In this document: piece by piece, positions 37,325 through 46,958 of the stretch
Layout: each line of letters opens with the position of its first letter
How positions within the stretch are numbered: position 1 is the first letter of the stretch
Virus record (IMG/VR): IMGVR_UViG_3300003885_000005
Location: 1-50,671 of that record
Origin: a virus
Lineage: Duplodnaviria > Caudoviricetes
Strand: one strand, 5' to 3'
Length of the DNA: 50,671 nucleotides
Program-made: the position numbers and the translations under genes
The notes under the pieces: model-generated
The model's database searches: none
What the model was told of the DNA's origin: nothing
What the model saw: only the letters and a program-made list of their open reading frames with translations

Positions 37325-37366
37325 AGATAGGCACCACCTTCGCTAGCCTGAAGATGGCACCTATCT
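37325..37366 (-). terminator. 17-bp RNA stem-loop (terminator or RNase III-type processing site)
   Basis: On the minus strand AGATAGGTGCCATCTTC pairs fully with GAAGGTGGTGCCTATCT using G-U wobbles; followed by AACCTTTT. Confidence 0.6.
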
Positions 37367-37389
37367 GGGTTAAAGGTTAATAATGTAAC

Positions 37390-37764
37390 TTACTCTTCAG
37401 ATAAGTCGCTTAGGAGTTTCTCGATATCTTCTTTAGACATCTTCGAGAGAACTTCCTTGACCTGTTTCTGAGTGGGTCCAGTTCCACGTCTGGATACTCC
37501 AGGAACATAACTGCTCGCAGCTTCCTGAGCATCTTCCTGTGTCCTGTGGCGCCGACAAAGAGCTTGTACTTTAATCTTGATCATATCAAGAAGACAGCTC
37601 AACGCTGGAACCTCGCCAAACATTTGTGCAGCTTCTTCCAGACTCTCGGGCATGTTATAGAGTACGGTGCCATCATATGAGTGGGCAGCCGCAGTCTCGT
37701 TACCGTCATCGTCTGTTTCTGCAGAAAAGTTTGCTTTGTAACTGATTGTTTCCTGTTTAGGCAT
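37390..37764 (-). CDS. Hypothetical protein
   Basis: AAGGAGGT RBS; codon usage suggests high expression. Confidence 0.7.
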   Translation of the reverse strand: MPKQETISYKANFSAETDDDGNETAAAHSYDGTVLYNMPESLEEAAQMFGEVPALSCLLDMIKIKVQALCRRHRTQEDAQEAASSYVPGVSRRGTGPTQKQVKEVLSKMSKEDIEKLLSDLSEE

Positions 37765-37809
37765 AAGGTTTACCTCCTTTATTAGATTTGAGTTTCTTAA
37801 CCTAAAAGA

Positions 37810-38085
37810 TTAAGTGCAAGAATGTTGCTCTAGTTGTTCTTTTATAAAATCTAAGATTGATCTAATATTAGCTTCATGTATAGTTGCTTCACTTCCCATA
37901 TCCCATATAATTTTAGTACTGTCAAAGAAACTATCTTGATATTTTATTGTAATCTCTTTTTTAGCCTTATCATGTCTAACACAAAAGGCACTTTTTACAC
38001 TTGAAAGTGTTTCAATATTTCTGTTAGGTTCATACATATTTATAGTTCCTCTATTATTTATTGGCAGCCTATATACAGTAGTCAT
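37810..38085 (-). CDS. Hypothetical protein
   Basis: ORF in operon orientation; the start is uncertain. Confidence 0.5.
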   Translation of the reverse strand: MTTVYRLPINNRGTINMYEPNRNIETLSSVKSAFCVRHDKAKKEITIKYQDSFFDSTKIIWDMGSEATIHEANIRSILDFIKEQLEQHSCT

Positions 38086-38176
38086 CTATAGACAGCATTA
38101 GCCTAACGAGGGAAAGGCAAGTGTACAACACTTCCAACCCCGGACTACTTGCTATTGACAAGTCAATTACCCAGTA

Positions 38177-38422
38177 TTATATATTTATCCTTCTACATTT
38201 TGATGCAAGCTTATTACGTTTATGTCTTGCGATACGATAGTTTTTAATACCATAAGTTCCTTTAGCGCTTGCAGAAGGTAAACTATATATCGATGGTGTT
38301 CTTGCTTGACCTAAAAAAGCAAGTGCTGCGAGAACACTAATACAATAATTTTTCTGTGTATGCTCCTTAACTAACTTTGGTCTATCAGTTCCATCATATA
38401 TCATTATGACTCCTTTACACAC
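38177..38422 (-). CDS. Hypothetical protein
   Basis: ORF; probable start at MIYD after AGGAG. Confidence 0.5.
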   Translation of the reverse strand: MCKGVIMIYDGTDRPKLVKEHTQKNYCISVLAALAFLGQARTPSIYSLPSASAKGTYGIKNYRIARHKRNKLASKCRRINI

Positions 38423-38640
38423 TCAAACTTTTTTAACTGTTTAAACTGCTGCATTACGTCTTTTGTTTCTTGTCTTAGCTCATCAGATAAACCTGTAGGC
38501 TTCTCGAACTTAGTTAGTTCAAGTTGTAGTTGCCCTTTCTTTGTCATGTTATCTAGTTGGATAGCTGTAATATGCCCATGATGAAAGAGCATATACAACT
38601 GTCCCCAGTAACACTTGATTGGTAGCTTAATAGTGCTCAT
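38404..38640 (-). CDS. Hypothetical protein
   Basis: ATGA overlap with the upstream gene. Confidence 0.55.
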   Translation of the reverse strand: MSTIKLPIKCYWGQLYMLFHHGHITAIQLDNMTKKGQLQLELTKFEKPTGLSDELRQETKDVMQQFKQLKKFECVKES

Positions 38641-38900
38641 TTTCTTTTAACTTTGGTATCTCTATCAGCAGTCTCAAAAGGTAAGTTAGCATTAAAACCT
38701 ACAGCATTTTCCCTTTTAATTTGCCTTTGTATAGAATCAATATCTATTCTAAATATTATAGTGTCTCCATGTTTATCGGTTCTTCTACCAACATATTTTT
38801 CTACGTCTTCAGTTGAACAGTTATCACATTGGTCTATATAACCATTACTTAACTGTTTAGTACGTTGGTTTATTTCTTTGCTACAATTCCTACATATCAT
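38637..38900 (-). CDS. Zn-finger hypothetical protein
   Basis: CRNC...CDNC. Confidence 0.6.
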   Translation of the reverse strand: MICRNCSKEINQRTKQLSNGYIDQCDNCSTEDVEKYVGRRTDKHGDTIIFRIDIDSIQRQIKRENAVGFNANLPFETADRDTKVKRK

Positions 38901-38916
38901 AACTATTCCTTTCTAT

Positions 38917-39402
38917 TTAGTTACGTTCATGAAATGAACAATACTTGTCAACCACCATCATAGGATAATAAGTATGCTCATCTTCATATCGTTCAATCTT
39001 TGGTATGCTTACTGGGATATCTTTCTTCTTGCTAAGGATAATATCTATTAACTGTGTTTGTGGCAGAGTCATAAGATACTGTCTACACTTTGAACAACTA
39101 TTCACTTTACAATTTCCTTTTCCTGATGTGTAGAATGGGCTGAGTGTTACCCATTCTTTCTTACAAATTGCTGTGGAGTGGTGCTCCTTGACATGACCAC
39201 AAAGTAAGCATGTAGTATTATACACAATAAAGTAATCACCTTTTTTTGCTTTGGGTCCTCTTGGTATGCCTTGCTTCTTTGATGCTTGTGGTAATAGATT
39301 TTTTAGCTCCTCGCCACTTAGATTGTACAACTTCTTGATTTGCTGGTCGTCAAAGCCCATTGATTTTAGGGCCTTGGCATCTTCAGGACTACAGTAGGAC
39401 AT
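38917..39402 (-). CDS. Cys-rich hypothetical protein
   Basis: CLLCG and CSKC; AGGAGG RBS. Confidence 0.6.
   Translation of the reverse strand: MSYCSPEDAKALKSMGFDDQQIKKLYNLSGEELKNLLPQASKKQGIPRGPKAKKGDYFIVYNTTCLLCGHVKEHHSTAICKKEWVTLSPFYTSGKGNCKVNSCSKCRQYLMTLPQTQLIDIILSKKKDIPVSIPKIERYEDEHTYYPMMVVDKYCSFHERN
38919..38945. promoter_or_regulatory. 27-bp dyad, copy 5: AGTTAC GTTCA TGAAA TGAAC AATACT
   Basis: Overlaps the last codons of 38917..39402. Confidence 0.85.
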
Positions 39403-39587
39403 TTTTGGCTCCTTTGGCTAAAAGGTTAATAGTTAACTAGCTAAACTATAAATTGTTATAGTCACTACTATCATCAATACTGCTAATATAAGCACATTTA
39501 TTGTTAATTCTTCAAGAAAGTTTAATATTCTCATAAACATATCCTTTTGTTTAGGTTATCAAAAGTGTATAATTTCATCAATGACTG

Positions 39588-39617
39588 ATTATAACATATT
39601 TTGATGTCAAATGTCAA
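39588..39617 (-). promoter_or_regulatory. Sigma70-type promoter TTGACA-N18-TATAAT with extended TG
   Basis: Minus strand reads TTGACA tttgacatcaaaatatgt TATAAT. Confidence 0.7.
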
Positions 39618-39658
39618 TAAAATAATCACCCTATCATAAACATAATAACAGCATTGAT

Positions 39659-40042
39659 TTATTTACCAAGTTTACCTATCATATCCTTGATACGCTTTTC
39701 ACCTGTTTGCTTAGCTTCTTTCTTCAACTCCTTAAACACACGCTCAAGGTCTGGGTCTCCAATGTTTGCTTTTGGTTCCAGCGCGCTTAGTGGCAATAGT
39801 TTAAACACCTCCAACATATCAGCCACTAGATGCTTTGAACCCTTCTTACCATACATCTCTATACTCCATATAATAAGCGTGGTATTCATAACCGCCGAGG
39901 TATAAGACTCTTTCAAGCCTTGTCGTCTAAGCTCATTGTTGATATGGTTCCTGAGCAACCAAGATTCATCATAGCTACTCATGATTACCTTGACCGCACC
40001 GACTCTGATTAGTTCATCTATTACTATGTTATGGTCAATCAC
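39659..40042 (-). CDS. Hypothetical protein
   Basis: GTG start, contiguous with the upstream ORF. Confidence 0.6.
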   Translation of the reverse strand: MIDHNIVIDELIRVGAVKVIMSSYDESWLLRNHINNELRRQGLKESYTSAVMNTTLIIWSIEMYGKKGSKHLVADMLEVFKLLPLSALEPKANIGDPDLERVFKELKKEAKQTGEKRIKDMIGKLGK

Positions 40043-40225
40043 TTATACTATTCCAACCTCCACTATCTTCAACCTAAACGTATTGATAGTTGTATCACCT
40101 ACATTCAGCTCCCTCTCCAACATAATCACCTCATTAGGCTTAAGCTTCTCTAGCACATCTTGTTGGAGCTTAACGTAACCGATTAACCTGTTCTCTTGTA
40201 TTATGGTTATACCCTTGCTTAACAT
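40043..40225 (-). CDS. Hypothetical protein
   Basis: Contiguous operon; GGGAG RBS. Confidence 0.55.
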   Translation of the reverse strand: MLSKGITIIQENRLIGYVKLQQDVLEKLKPNEVIMLERELNVGDTTINTFRLKIVEVGIV

Positions 40226-40528
40226 TTAATCACTCCCCACCACCTGCAACGTCTTACTCTTAGCATAGCTCTGAATACTTAACACCGTGTTACGGCATTT
40301 GGTCTTTGAACTGTAAGCCTCTGAACTTGCTAGCGTCTGTCCATTATTTGCAACCAGCCTAAACCTCCATTTCTTCTTCTTATCTTGAAACATCTGTAGA
40401 TACATTTGTGACCTCCATTGGTTCGGCGATTTATGTCTTGAAAGCCAAAGTCTTCCATCTTTGCCAAACATTACAGTTTGTCCTGTTTTTATGTCTTCAG
40501 CTGCAATTGCTATAAGTTCATTCATCAT
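40226..40528 (-). CDS. YegP/DUF1508-domain protein
   Basis: WRFRLVA.NGQTLASSEAY signature. Confidence 0.8.
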   Translation of the reverse strand: MMNELIAIAAEDIKTGQTVMFGKDGRLWLSRHKSPNQWRSQMYLQMFQDKKKKWRFRLVANNGQTLASSEAYSSKTKCRNTVLSIQSYAKSKTLQVVGSD

Positions 40529-40542
40529 TGTTCATACTTCCC

Positions 40543-40571
40543 ATTATAACATATGCCGCAGGCATTGTCAA
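40543..40571 (-). promoter_or_regulatory. Consensus sigma70 promoter TTGACA-N17-TATAAT with extended TG
   Basis: Minus strand reads TTGACA atgcctgcggcatatgt TATAAT. Confidence 0.85.
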
Positions 40572-40899
40572 ACACGTGATAATAATAATAATAATCTTCC
40601 TGGATATGGTCTCTATCCATACATGTGTGTTACATGTTCTACATGACATATATTGTCACATGTAGCCCTCCCCCCCCCTTTATTTAAAAAAAAAAAATAT
40701 AAGTATAAGGGGTAGGAGAAGGACATGTAACATGAACAAGTATCGTTCATTCAATGAACGGAAGTATACATGAGACACCAGTAGCGAGTACATGCCATAT
40801 AACTATACATGACATGACATGTAGTTATACATGTGTGTCATTGATGGATATGGAGCATATGTTCAAAGATTATTATTATTATTACCTGGGTTTTGACAA
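40565..40899. other. Origin-like locus: 56-bp imperfect inverted arms enclosing 12 ACATG repeats, poly-C/poly-A tracts and a dyad copy
   Basis: Arms at 40565..40620 and 40844..40899 share TTGTCAAA-N7-(TAA)5TCTT...ATATG...TATCCAT; non-coding. Confidence 0.6.
40739..40765. promoter_or_regulatory. 27-bp dyad, copy 6: AGTATC GTTCA TTCAA TGAAC GGAAGT
   Basis: Near the centre of the origin-like locus. Confidence 0.85.
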
Positions 40900-40942
40900 A
40901 AAATAGGCAGGGGAACGATACCATATAGGCACCGTCCCTTTG
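40899..40942 (-). terminator. Probable intrinsic terminator insulating the origin-like locus
   Basis: Minus-strand stem GGGACGGTGCC/GGTATCGTTCC followed by a T-tract. Confidence 0.5.
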
Positions 40943-41272
40943 AGAGTTAATCAAATAAACTTTTAATATGTTCTATAGGTAATTTGCTTAAAGCCTTTCT
41001 ATAGTACGCAACTTCAGCATTGTCCAAAAAACACACCCATGTAAAGCAGGGCCAATATGGGTCAATGGTTATAACTGTTGGCATGTTTCCCCCTCATAAT
41101 TTGCTACAAATTCGGTTATTATACTCCCTGCACAATCAAAGCATACTATCCCCATTATATCATCCGTCCAGAATATATCCTTTTCCCTTATCTCACATTT
41201 ACAAACTAAACATTTCATTTCACATACTGAAAATTCTATATGCATGTTACACCTCTATGTATTAGTTTTGGT

Positions 41273-41298
41273 GGGGACACGCATTACACGTGCCCCCC
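41273..41298 (-). terminator. GC-rich hairpin after 41307..41657
   Basis: GGGGCACGT-GTAAT-GCGTGTCCC on the minus strand; no clear U-tract. Confidence 0.4.
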
Positions 41299-41306
41299 GG
41301 GGGTTG

Positions 41307-41657
41307 TTATTTGTTAAGCACTGCAAGGACAGCGTCCTTGGCAAGTTTGCCTGACGCTATTGCCTTGCGTATGTCCTCAGGTGTGAGTTCCTTTTTGGGT
41401 TTTGTGGTCGGGACATACAGTTCAACGGTTGCATGTTCATACCCGAAGGTTTTGAGGGTTGCCAGGGCATCCTCGGTACTCGCACTTTGTCTCAGCAATG
41501 CCCCTTTACGGTTTTGCAATTCCACCTTTGCATGTGCAGTAGCATACGCCATTGTGTCAGGCACCTTGTCGAGTATATCCTCACCTAAATCCACCTGGTA
41601 CTGCACATCTTTGTTCTCGCTTGCCTTTGTTGCCTTGAATGTTAGTATGGTATTCAT
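41307..41657 (-). CDS. Early hypothetical protein
   Basis: GGGGGTG RBS; downstream of a consensus promoter. Confidence 0.7.
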   Translation of the reverse strand: MNTILTFKATKASENKDVQYQVDLGEDILDKVPDTMAYATAHAKVELQNRKGALLRQSASTEDALATLKTFGYEHATVELYVPTTKPKKELTPEDIRKAIASGKLAKDAVLAVLNK

Positions 41658-41926
41658 ATTAACACCCCCTTATTTTGGCTTGCTCACGGAATACGTGAGA
41701 TGCGTATTATTATATGGTTGCGTCATCCGATGAGCATATTAATACACCCTCATTATTGGATATTACACCCTCAATTTTTACATGTATTGTTTTATTACCC
41801 ACCTTCATTGATATTGTTACTTGAGTATCACCATTTACATCCAATAAACACCTTGCTAATTCACATGCCTTCATATTACCACCTCATATGTATATATTTT
41901 TAGCAGCGTCAATGACGCATTAACCA

Positions 41927-41955
41927 ATGATAACACATCGAGTTATTTTTGTCAA
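41927..41955 (-). promoter_or_regulatory. Sigma70-type promoter TTGACA-N17-TATCAT with extended TG
   Basis: Minus strand reads TTGACA aaaataactcgatgtgt TATCAT. Confidence 0.7.
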
Positions 41956-42147
41956 GCACAAAATAAAAGCGTGTCAATACCACCACACTGTGGCGTTAGA
42001 GCCACACGAACCATGGTAGAACGAGTACCCCCCCTTCACTCATATCATCATATAAAGACAAAGAGTCTTTTGGCAATCCACATTACTTTTTAACATATGT
42101 AGAATGTGCTACAAACACTCGTAGTGTTAGCTACCGCAAAGCTGCGC

Positions 42148-42176
42148 TTGTGTTTACTACGCAAACATGTTATAAT
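42148..42176 (+). promoter_or_regulatory. Promoter for the packaging/structural arm, TTGTGT-N17-TATAAT with extended TG
   Basis: Shares ATGTTATAAT with the leftward promoters; directly upstream of the terS RBS. Confidence 0.65.
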
Positions 42177-42191
42177 ATGAGCAGAGGGATT

Positions 42192-42797
42192 ATGGGACTA
42201 ATACCACAGACATTGAGTAGAAGCGTTGAGAGATATGGGTTAGGGTATATTAGGCCAAGGCATGAGGAGATAGCTCGAAGGCTGGTTTGTGGGCAGAACC
42301 AATCAGATATAGCCCGGCACATGGGTATTAATATAGGTCGGTTGAGTATCATAGTTAATTCACCGTTGTTTAAGGTGGTGCTGGCAAGGCTGTCGAAGCT
42401 CAGGGATGACTCCGCGACTGATATACAGGAGGAGATTAAAGCACTCGCGCCGATCGCGCTGGAGCAAGTCGCTTCCACAATTATGACCAGTACAAGTGAG
42501 AAGCTCAGGTTGTCAGCATCACAGGATCTGTTAGATAGAGCAGGGTTAGCTAAGAAGGGTAATGTTGGGGTGCAGATAAATATAGGAGCAGGGCATCCCG
42601 TTGATTTGGAGAAGTATAAAGGTGACGCTGTAACGGTAGAGGTTAAAGCTGAACCATCCAGTGATAATGGTGGCAACGGCGCCAATGGAGAGAGTGCTGT
42701 TCAGTCTGTGAACACAAGCGAAGAGGACACAGCAGAGGATATGAAGCTTTTGGAGGATATTATCGGCTTAGAAGAATCTGAAGAGGATAATAAATGA
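42192..42797 (+). CDS. terS: Putative terminase small subunit (HTH)
   Basis: HTH QSDIARHMGI; RLSASQDLLDRAG motif; upstream of terL; ATG after AGAGGG. Confidence 0.65.
   Translation: MGLIPQTLSRSVERYGLGYIRPRHEEIARRLVCGQNQSDIARHMGINIGRLSIIVNSPLFKVVLARLSKLRDDSATDIQEEIKALAPIALEQVASTIMTSTSEKLRLSASQDLLDRAGLAKKGNVGVQINIGAGHPVDLEKYKGDAVTVEVKAEPSSDNGGNGANGESAVQSVNTSEEDTAEDMKLLEDIIGLEESEEDNK
42693..42719. promoter_or_regulatory. 27-bp dyad, copy 7: AGTGCT GTTCA GTCTG TGAAC ACAAGC
   Basis: Inside the low-complexity C-terminal tail of terS; one flank mismatch. Confidence 0.75.
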
Positions 42798-43045
42798 ACT
42801 ATAGGTCTATAATTAAAATATCTTTTGATGAGCTTAGAGATGTCTTGAAGCTCCCAGAACATGTTGATATAACTGGATATATAACACCAGACCAAGAAAC
42901 AAGGACTCTAAAAATTGCTATTACAACAAAAGAGCCTATAAATAATCTAGTGTATGAAACTGGAAACTGTAATCAATTATGTTATGTGTATTATCGTACA
43001 CTAAAAGAACTTGGATTATTAGAGGAACCCAATAATGGAGCATAA
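42794..43045 (+). CDS. Hypothetical protein
   Basis: ATGA overlap; GAGG RBS. Confidence 0.55.
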   Translation: MNYRSIIKISFDELRDVLKLPEHVDITGYITPDQETRTLKIAITTKEPINNLVYETGNCNQLCYVYYRTLKELGLLEEPNNGA

Positions 43046-43128
43046 ATACTCAGAAACTAGTTATCACTGTATATATTGTATGAAGTCGAAGTTAGAAATA
43101 ATTGATAAGGGTTTAAGGTGCACTAAGG

Positions 43129-44718
43129 ATGATTGAATTTACTCCCAACCCACTATGCACCTATAAATACCGTTACGATAAGATCTTCAAAGATATGGCA
43201 GAGGAGAAGATCGACCCCATCGCAACATATAGGCAGCTTATATTAGATGATTTGTTTTTTGTATTGTTCTTTATAGTTCATCCATTTAATCCTAAGTGTG
43301 AGTACACCGTGAATCATCCTTTCATAGTTAATGCTTGTAAAGAGGTTGAGAATGGCCCAGCGGACTTTACTATGGATGTATGGGCAAGATTCCATTACAA
43401 GAGCTCAATTATTACTATAGCCGAAACTATCCAGTACATTGCTAAGAATCCAGAATATACCACAGGGATTTTTTGTTATGCTAACAAGCCAGCTAAGAAA
43501 TTTCTGTTCTCTATTCGAGAAGTTTGTGAGAATGAGAAGTTACTTCATACATGCTTTCCGGATATTTTCTGGGAGAACCCAAAGAAAGAATCTCCAATGT
43601 GGAGTATAGATGATGGTATTATCTTGAAGCGTGACAGTAATCGCGGCGAACCAACTGTCTCCGCACATGGGCTCACAGAAGGTATGCCGACTGGTGCTCA
43701 CTATGAGCGGCGCATCTATGATGATATAATCACGGAGGATATTGCTAACTCAGTGGATGTGATGGAGAAAGTTAAGGAGAAATTTGATTCATCGCAGAAT
43801 CTTATGACTGATGGTGGTACACATAGGGTGGTTGGAACATTCTACCATCATGCTGACCCGCTTAATTATGTTAAAGAGAAGAAAGATGTATATGATCAGG
43901 AGAAGCCAGCTTATCTATTAAGGCTTAAGCCCGCTACAGCTGATGGGACTATTAGTGGTGACCCGGTGCTGTTAAGTCAGAGAACCTTTGATAGTCTTAA
44001 GTTAACATCTACATTTTCATGTCAGCAGTTACTGGACCCAACACCAGTTGGCATTAGGCGCCTGGATTCGACTTTGTTCCAAGACATAGAGCCTGAGTTT
44101 ATTCCCGCCGGGCTTTACAAGTTTCTTATTGTTGACCCAGCGGGTGATGATACTGGTCAGGCACGACGTGATAATTGGGCAATAGGTGTTTTAGGTGTTG
44201 AACCTAAAGCTGACGATATGGGCATGTCGAGGGTGTTCTTGCTAGATGCTTTGATCGAGCCACTTAGAGAAGACGAGGCGCCGGACGAAATAGTTCAAAT
44301 GTACCTTAACAACGGACGTATATGGCAAACAGGTATTGAGAAAGTTGCCCTGTCCACCACTGAGCTACATGTAGCCGCTGCACTTATGAAAAAGGGTATA
44401 TATGTCTCAGTTAAGAATAGAAACCTGGTTATATTGAGGCCTTCTGGAAGAAAGAAAACAAAGAGAATCGAGAGAGGTCTAGCAGCCCCATTATACCATA
44501 GTAAGTTGTTTATGTCTAAAGCTGTTCCACAAAAATATAGAGATAAAATTAGAATAGAAGCTGATACATTCCCTTATGGTATTAAAGATGATGGCTTAGA
44601 TATGTGGAGTTACTTATATGACATGATTCTAGATTTTAGGTTTGTCTTGATGGATGAAGAAGACGAGCAGATACCTGTCACGAGGGAGGTAGGCCGAAAT
44701 GCCACAACCAGGTACTAA
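43129..44718 (+). CDS. terL: Terminase large subunit
   Basis: ARFHYKSS Walker A variant; TGAH...IYDD Walker B; VGT; VDPA and DDGLD nuclease motifs. Confidence 0.9.
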   Translation: MIEFTPNPLCTYKYRYDKIFKDMAEEKIDPIATYRQLILDDLFFVLFFIVHPFNPKCEYTVNHPFIVNACKEVENGPADFTMDVWARFHYKSSIITIAETIQYIAKNPEYTTGIFCYANKPAKKFLFSIREVCENEKLLHTCFPDIFWENPKKESPMWSIDDGIILKRDSNRGEPTVSAHGLTEGMPTGAHYERRIYDDIITEDIANSVDVMEKVKEKFDSSQNLMTDGGTHRVVGTFYHHADPLNYVKEKKDVYDQEKPAYLLRLKPATADGTISGDPVLLSQRTFDSLKLTSTFSCQQLLDPTPVGIRRLDSTLFQDIEPEFIPAGLYKFLIVDPAGDDTGQARRDNWAIGVLGVEPKADDMGMSRVFLLDALIEPLREDEAPDEIVQMYLNNGRIWQTGIEKVALSTTELHVAAALMKKGIYVSVKNRNLVILRPSGRKKTKRIERGLAAPLYHSKLFMSKAVPQKYRDKIRIEADTFPYGIKDDGLDMWSYLYDMILDFRFVLMDEEDEQIPVTREVGRNATTRY

Positions 44719-46753
44719 AGATATAGAAGCTGTAGTAAGATCTACTAAAGACGGCGGAGCTATTGTTAACTTAAATGCCAAGCCAGTCGAGGTGACTTCT
44801 AACGAGATGTATAATCTAGTGCCTGTGATGAAAGAGTCAGGTAAGTTATTTCCATCTTATTTTGATGATAAGTCGCTTAAGACGGCTGATGAGATTCTGC
44901 TTGAAATAGGAGATACAGTGGTTCAAGACTATGAGGCAGACATTGCTTCAAGAAGTGGGTGGGAAGAAAATATAAGTAGCATACTTAAGTTATTCTCGTC
45001 CTTTCAAGGACAGAAGAACTATCCATTTGAGAATTGCTCTAACGTCAAGCTCCCCATCATAACTGTAGCGGCGATTCAGTTTCATGCAAGAGCCTATGAC
45101 TCACTAATACCATCTAAGGATATAATAAGAGCTATTGCTACTGGTGATGAGGATGTTGAACAAGCCGAGCGTGTGGATAAGTATATGAACTATCAACTCT
45201 TATATAAGATGAAAGAGTTTATACCGGGCATGGATACATCGCTGCTTCAGATACCGTTGTTTGGTTCGGTGTTTAGGAAGACCTATTTTGACTTCGACAA
45301 GAGGCGCCCGGCATCAGTCTCTGTAAATGCTATGGACTTGGTGCTTCCATACTCATATACTGATTTTGAAAGTGTTCCAAGAAAAACACATAGGATTCCT
45401 CTATACAAGAACGATGTAAGAAAGAGAGTAGCAAGCGGTGTGTTTATTCAAGATGCTTGGGACTTTGGGCCTGGAACCTCTATGTATTTATTCTCACCAC
45501 TGAAACAAACTAGTGATCAGATCTCTGGTGTAGATCCTGGGACATCTTGGGAGCAAATGCCGAGAATGTTCCTTGAACAACATAGAGATTGGGACTTAGA
45601 TGGGGACGGTATACAAGAGCCATATATCATAACAGTTGATTATGAAACCAGGAAGGTTGTTAGAATCACTTCAAGAACTTTCATTGATGCGTTTGGTGAG
45701 AAACAAGATATTGAGCACTTTACACAGTATACGTTTTTACCTAATCCAGAAGGTGTTTATGGCTTCGGTCTGGGTACTCTTCTCTTTGGTATGAATGAAG
45801 CTATGAATACTATCCTAAACGAGGTTATAGATGCTGGTTCCCTAGCCAATCTACAAGGTGGTTTTGTATCAAAGAGATCTGGTATATCTAAAGGTCCCAT
45901 CAAGTTTAAACAAGGTGAGTATGTAGAAGTTGATACTCTTGTTGATGATATATCTAAGGCTTTCTACCACTTTGATTTTAAAGGCCCTAACCAAACACTC
46001 TATGCGACGCTTGGACTGTTATATGAGTATTCAAAGATGGTATCAAGTATCAGCGAGACTATGACAGGACAGATGCCCGCCGGAGATACTCCAGGGATGA
46101 CTATTATGGCACTCATAGAAGAGGGTCGTAAAGTATATTCAAGCGTGTTTAAGCGTATTCATACTTCATTTGGTGGCGAGCTGCAGAAAATCGCCAGGCT
46201 CAACAGCATATTCCTAAACGAGGCTGAGTATTTTAAAGTTCTTGGTGACCGTAATATGCCTACTGGGCCACAGGTGGAAATAGGCAGAAGTGACTTCTTA
46301 GTCAGTGTTGATGTTATTCCAGTGTCAGACCCAAACATATTGTCCAGGGCCGAGAAGATACTTAAAGCTCAACAGGTGTTAGAGAATGTAAGGAAGAGTC
46401 CTCTCACCATGAACGATATGGAGGCACAGAGGAAAGCCGAAGCTAACTACTATGAGGCACTTGAAGTGCAGAACTATCAAGACTACTTAAAGGAGCCCGA
46501 GCCGACTCCTGATCTGTCAGCACACGAAGAGAACGCCGAGATGCTTCTTGAAAAAGGAGTAGAGGTGATGCCTGCTAATAATGATTTAGAACACATAGAT
46601 ATACATAGTAGCTTCTTGGAAGGAACTTTCCAAACTGATATAAGTCCCCACGCTAAGAACCTAATAGATACACATGTGAAGGAGCATATGGCTCAGTTGT
46701 ATCTGAAGCAGACAATGCCTGAGAAGTTCGAGGGCGGAGGCGAAAATGCCTAA
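44699..46753 (+). CDS. Portal protein
   Basis: Follows terL; motifs SRSGWE, YMNYQL, G.VFRKTYFD, YGFGLG.L, DAG.LANL.GG and VDVIPVSDPN. Confidence 0.88.
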   Translation: MPQPGTKDIEAVVRSTKDGGAIVNLNAKPVEVTSNEMYNLVPVMKESGKLFPSYFDDKSLKTADEILLEIGDTVVQDYEADIASRSGWEENISSILKLFSSFQGQKNYPFENCSNVKLPIITVAAIQFHARAYDSLIPSKDIIRAIATGDEDVEQAERVDKYMNYQLLYKMKEFIPGMDTSLLQIPLFGSVFRKTYFDFDKRRPASVSVNAMDLVLPYSYTDFESVPRKTHRIPLYKNDVRKRVASGVFIQDAWDFGPGTSMYLFSPLKQTSDQISGVDPGTSWEQMPRMFLEQHRDWDLDGDGIQEPYIITVDYETRKVVRITSRTFIDAFGEKQDIEHFTQYTFLPNPEGVYGFGLGTLLFGMNEAMNTILNEVIDAGSLANLQGGFVSKRSGISKGPIKFKQGEYVEVDTLVDDISKAFYHFDFKGPNQTLYATLGLLYEYSKMVSSISETMTGQMPAGDTPGMTIMALIEEGRKVYSSVFKRIHTSFGGELQKIARLNSIFLNEAEYFKVLGDRNMPTGPQVEIGRSDFLVSVDVIPVSDPNILSRAEKILKAQQVLENVRKSPLTMNDMEAQRKAEANYYEALEVQNYQDYLKEPEPTPDLSAHEENAEMLLEKGVEVMPANNDLEHIDIHSSFLEGTFQTDISPHAKNLIDTHVKEHMAQLYLKQTMPEKFEGGGENA

Positions 46754-46958
46754 AGAATTTACTATTGATGGAGAGATGGTTACAGAATGGCTTGACTTTG
46801 CAACAACAAAAGCTTTTATAGCTAAATTAGACCAGATAGAAATTGAAAAGCTTAAATCTATCGTAGTTAATGATAATAAAGAAGAAGCTTGCGGTATCGT
46901 CAAGGGTATTATCCTTGTTAAATCACTTATAGAGAGTGCGAAGGAGGAAGGTTTATGA
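46746..46958 (+). CDS. Hypothetical head-morphogenesis-region protein
   Basis: Between the portal and GroES genes; GGAGG RBS. Confidence 0.6.
   Translation: MPKEFTIDGEMVTEWLDFATTKAFIAKLDQIEIEKLKSIVVNDNKEEACGIVKGIILVKSLIESAKEEGL

Noticed and set aside
40893-40924. Rightward sigma70 promoter from the right inverted arm
   Set aside because: TTGACA is present, but there is no acceptable -10 at 16-18 bp spacing.
41660-41890. Repeated GAGGGTGT(A/T)..ATAT motifs as a regulatory repeat array
   Set aside because: They are best explained as Shine-Dalgarno/start regions of tiny or decayed early ORFs, and are too short and irregular to support more.
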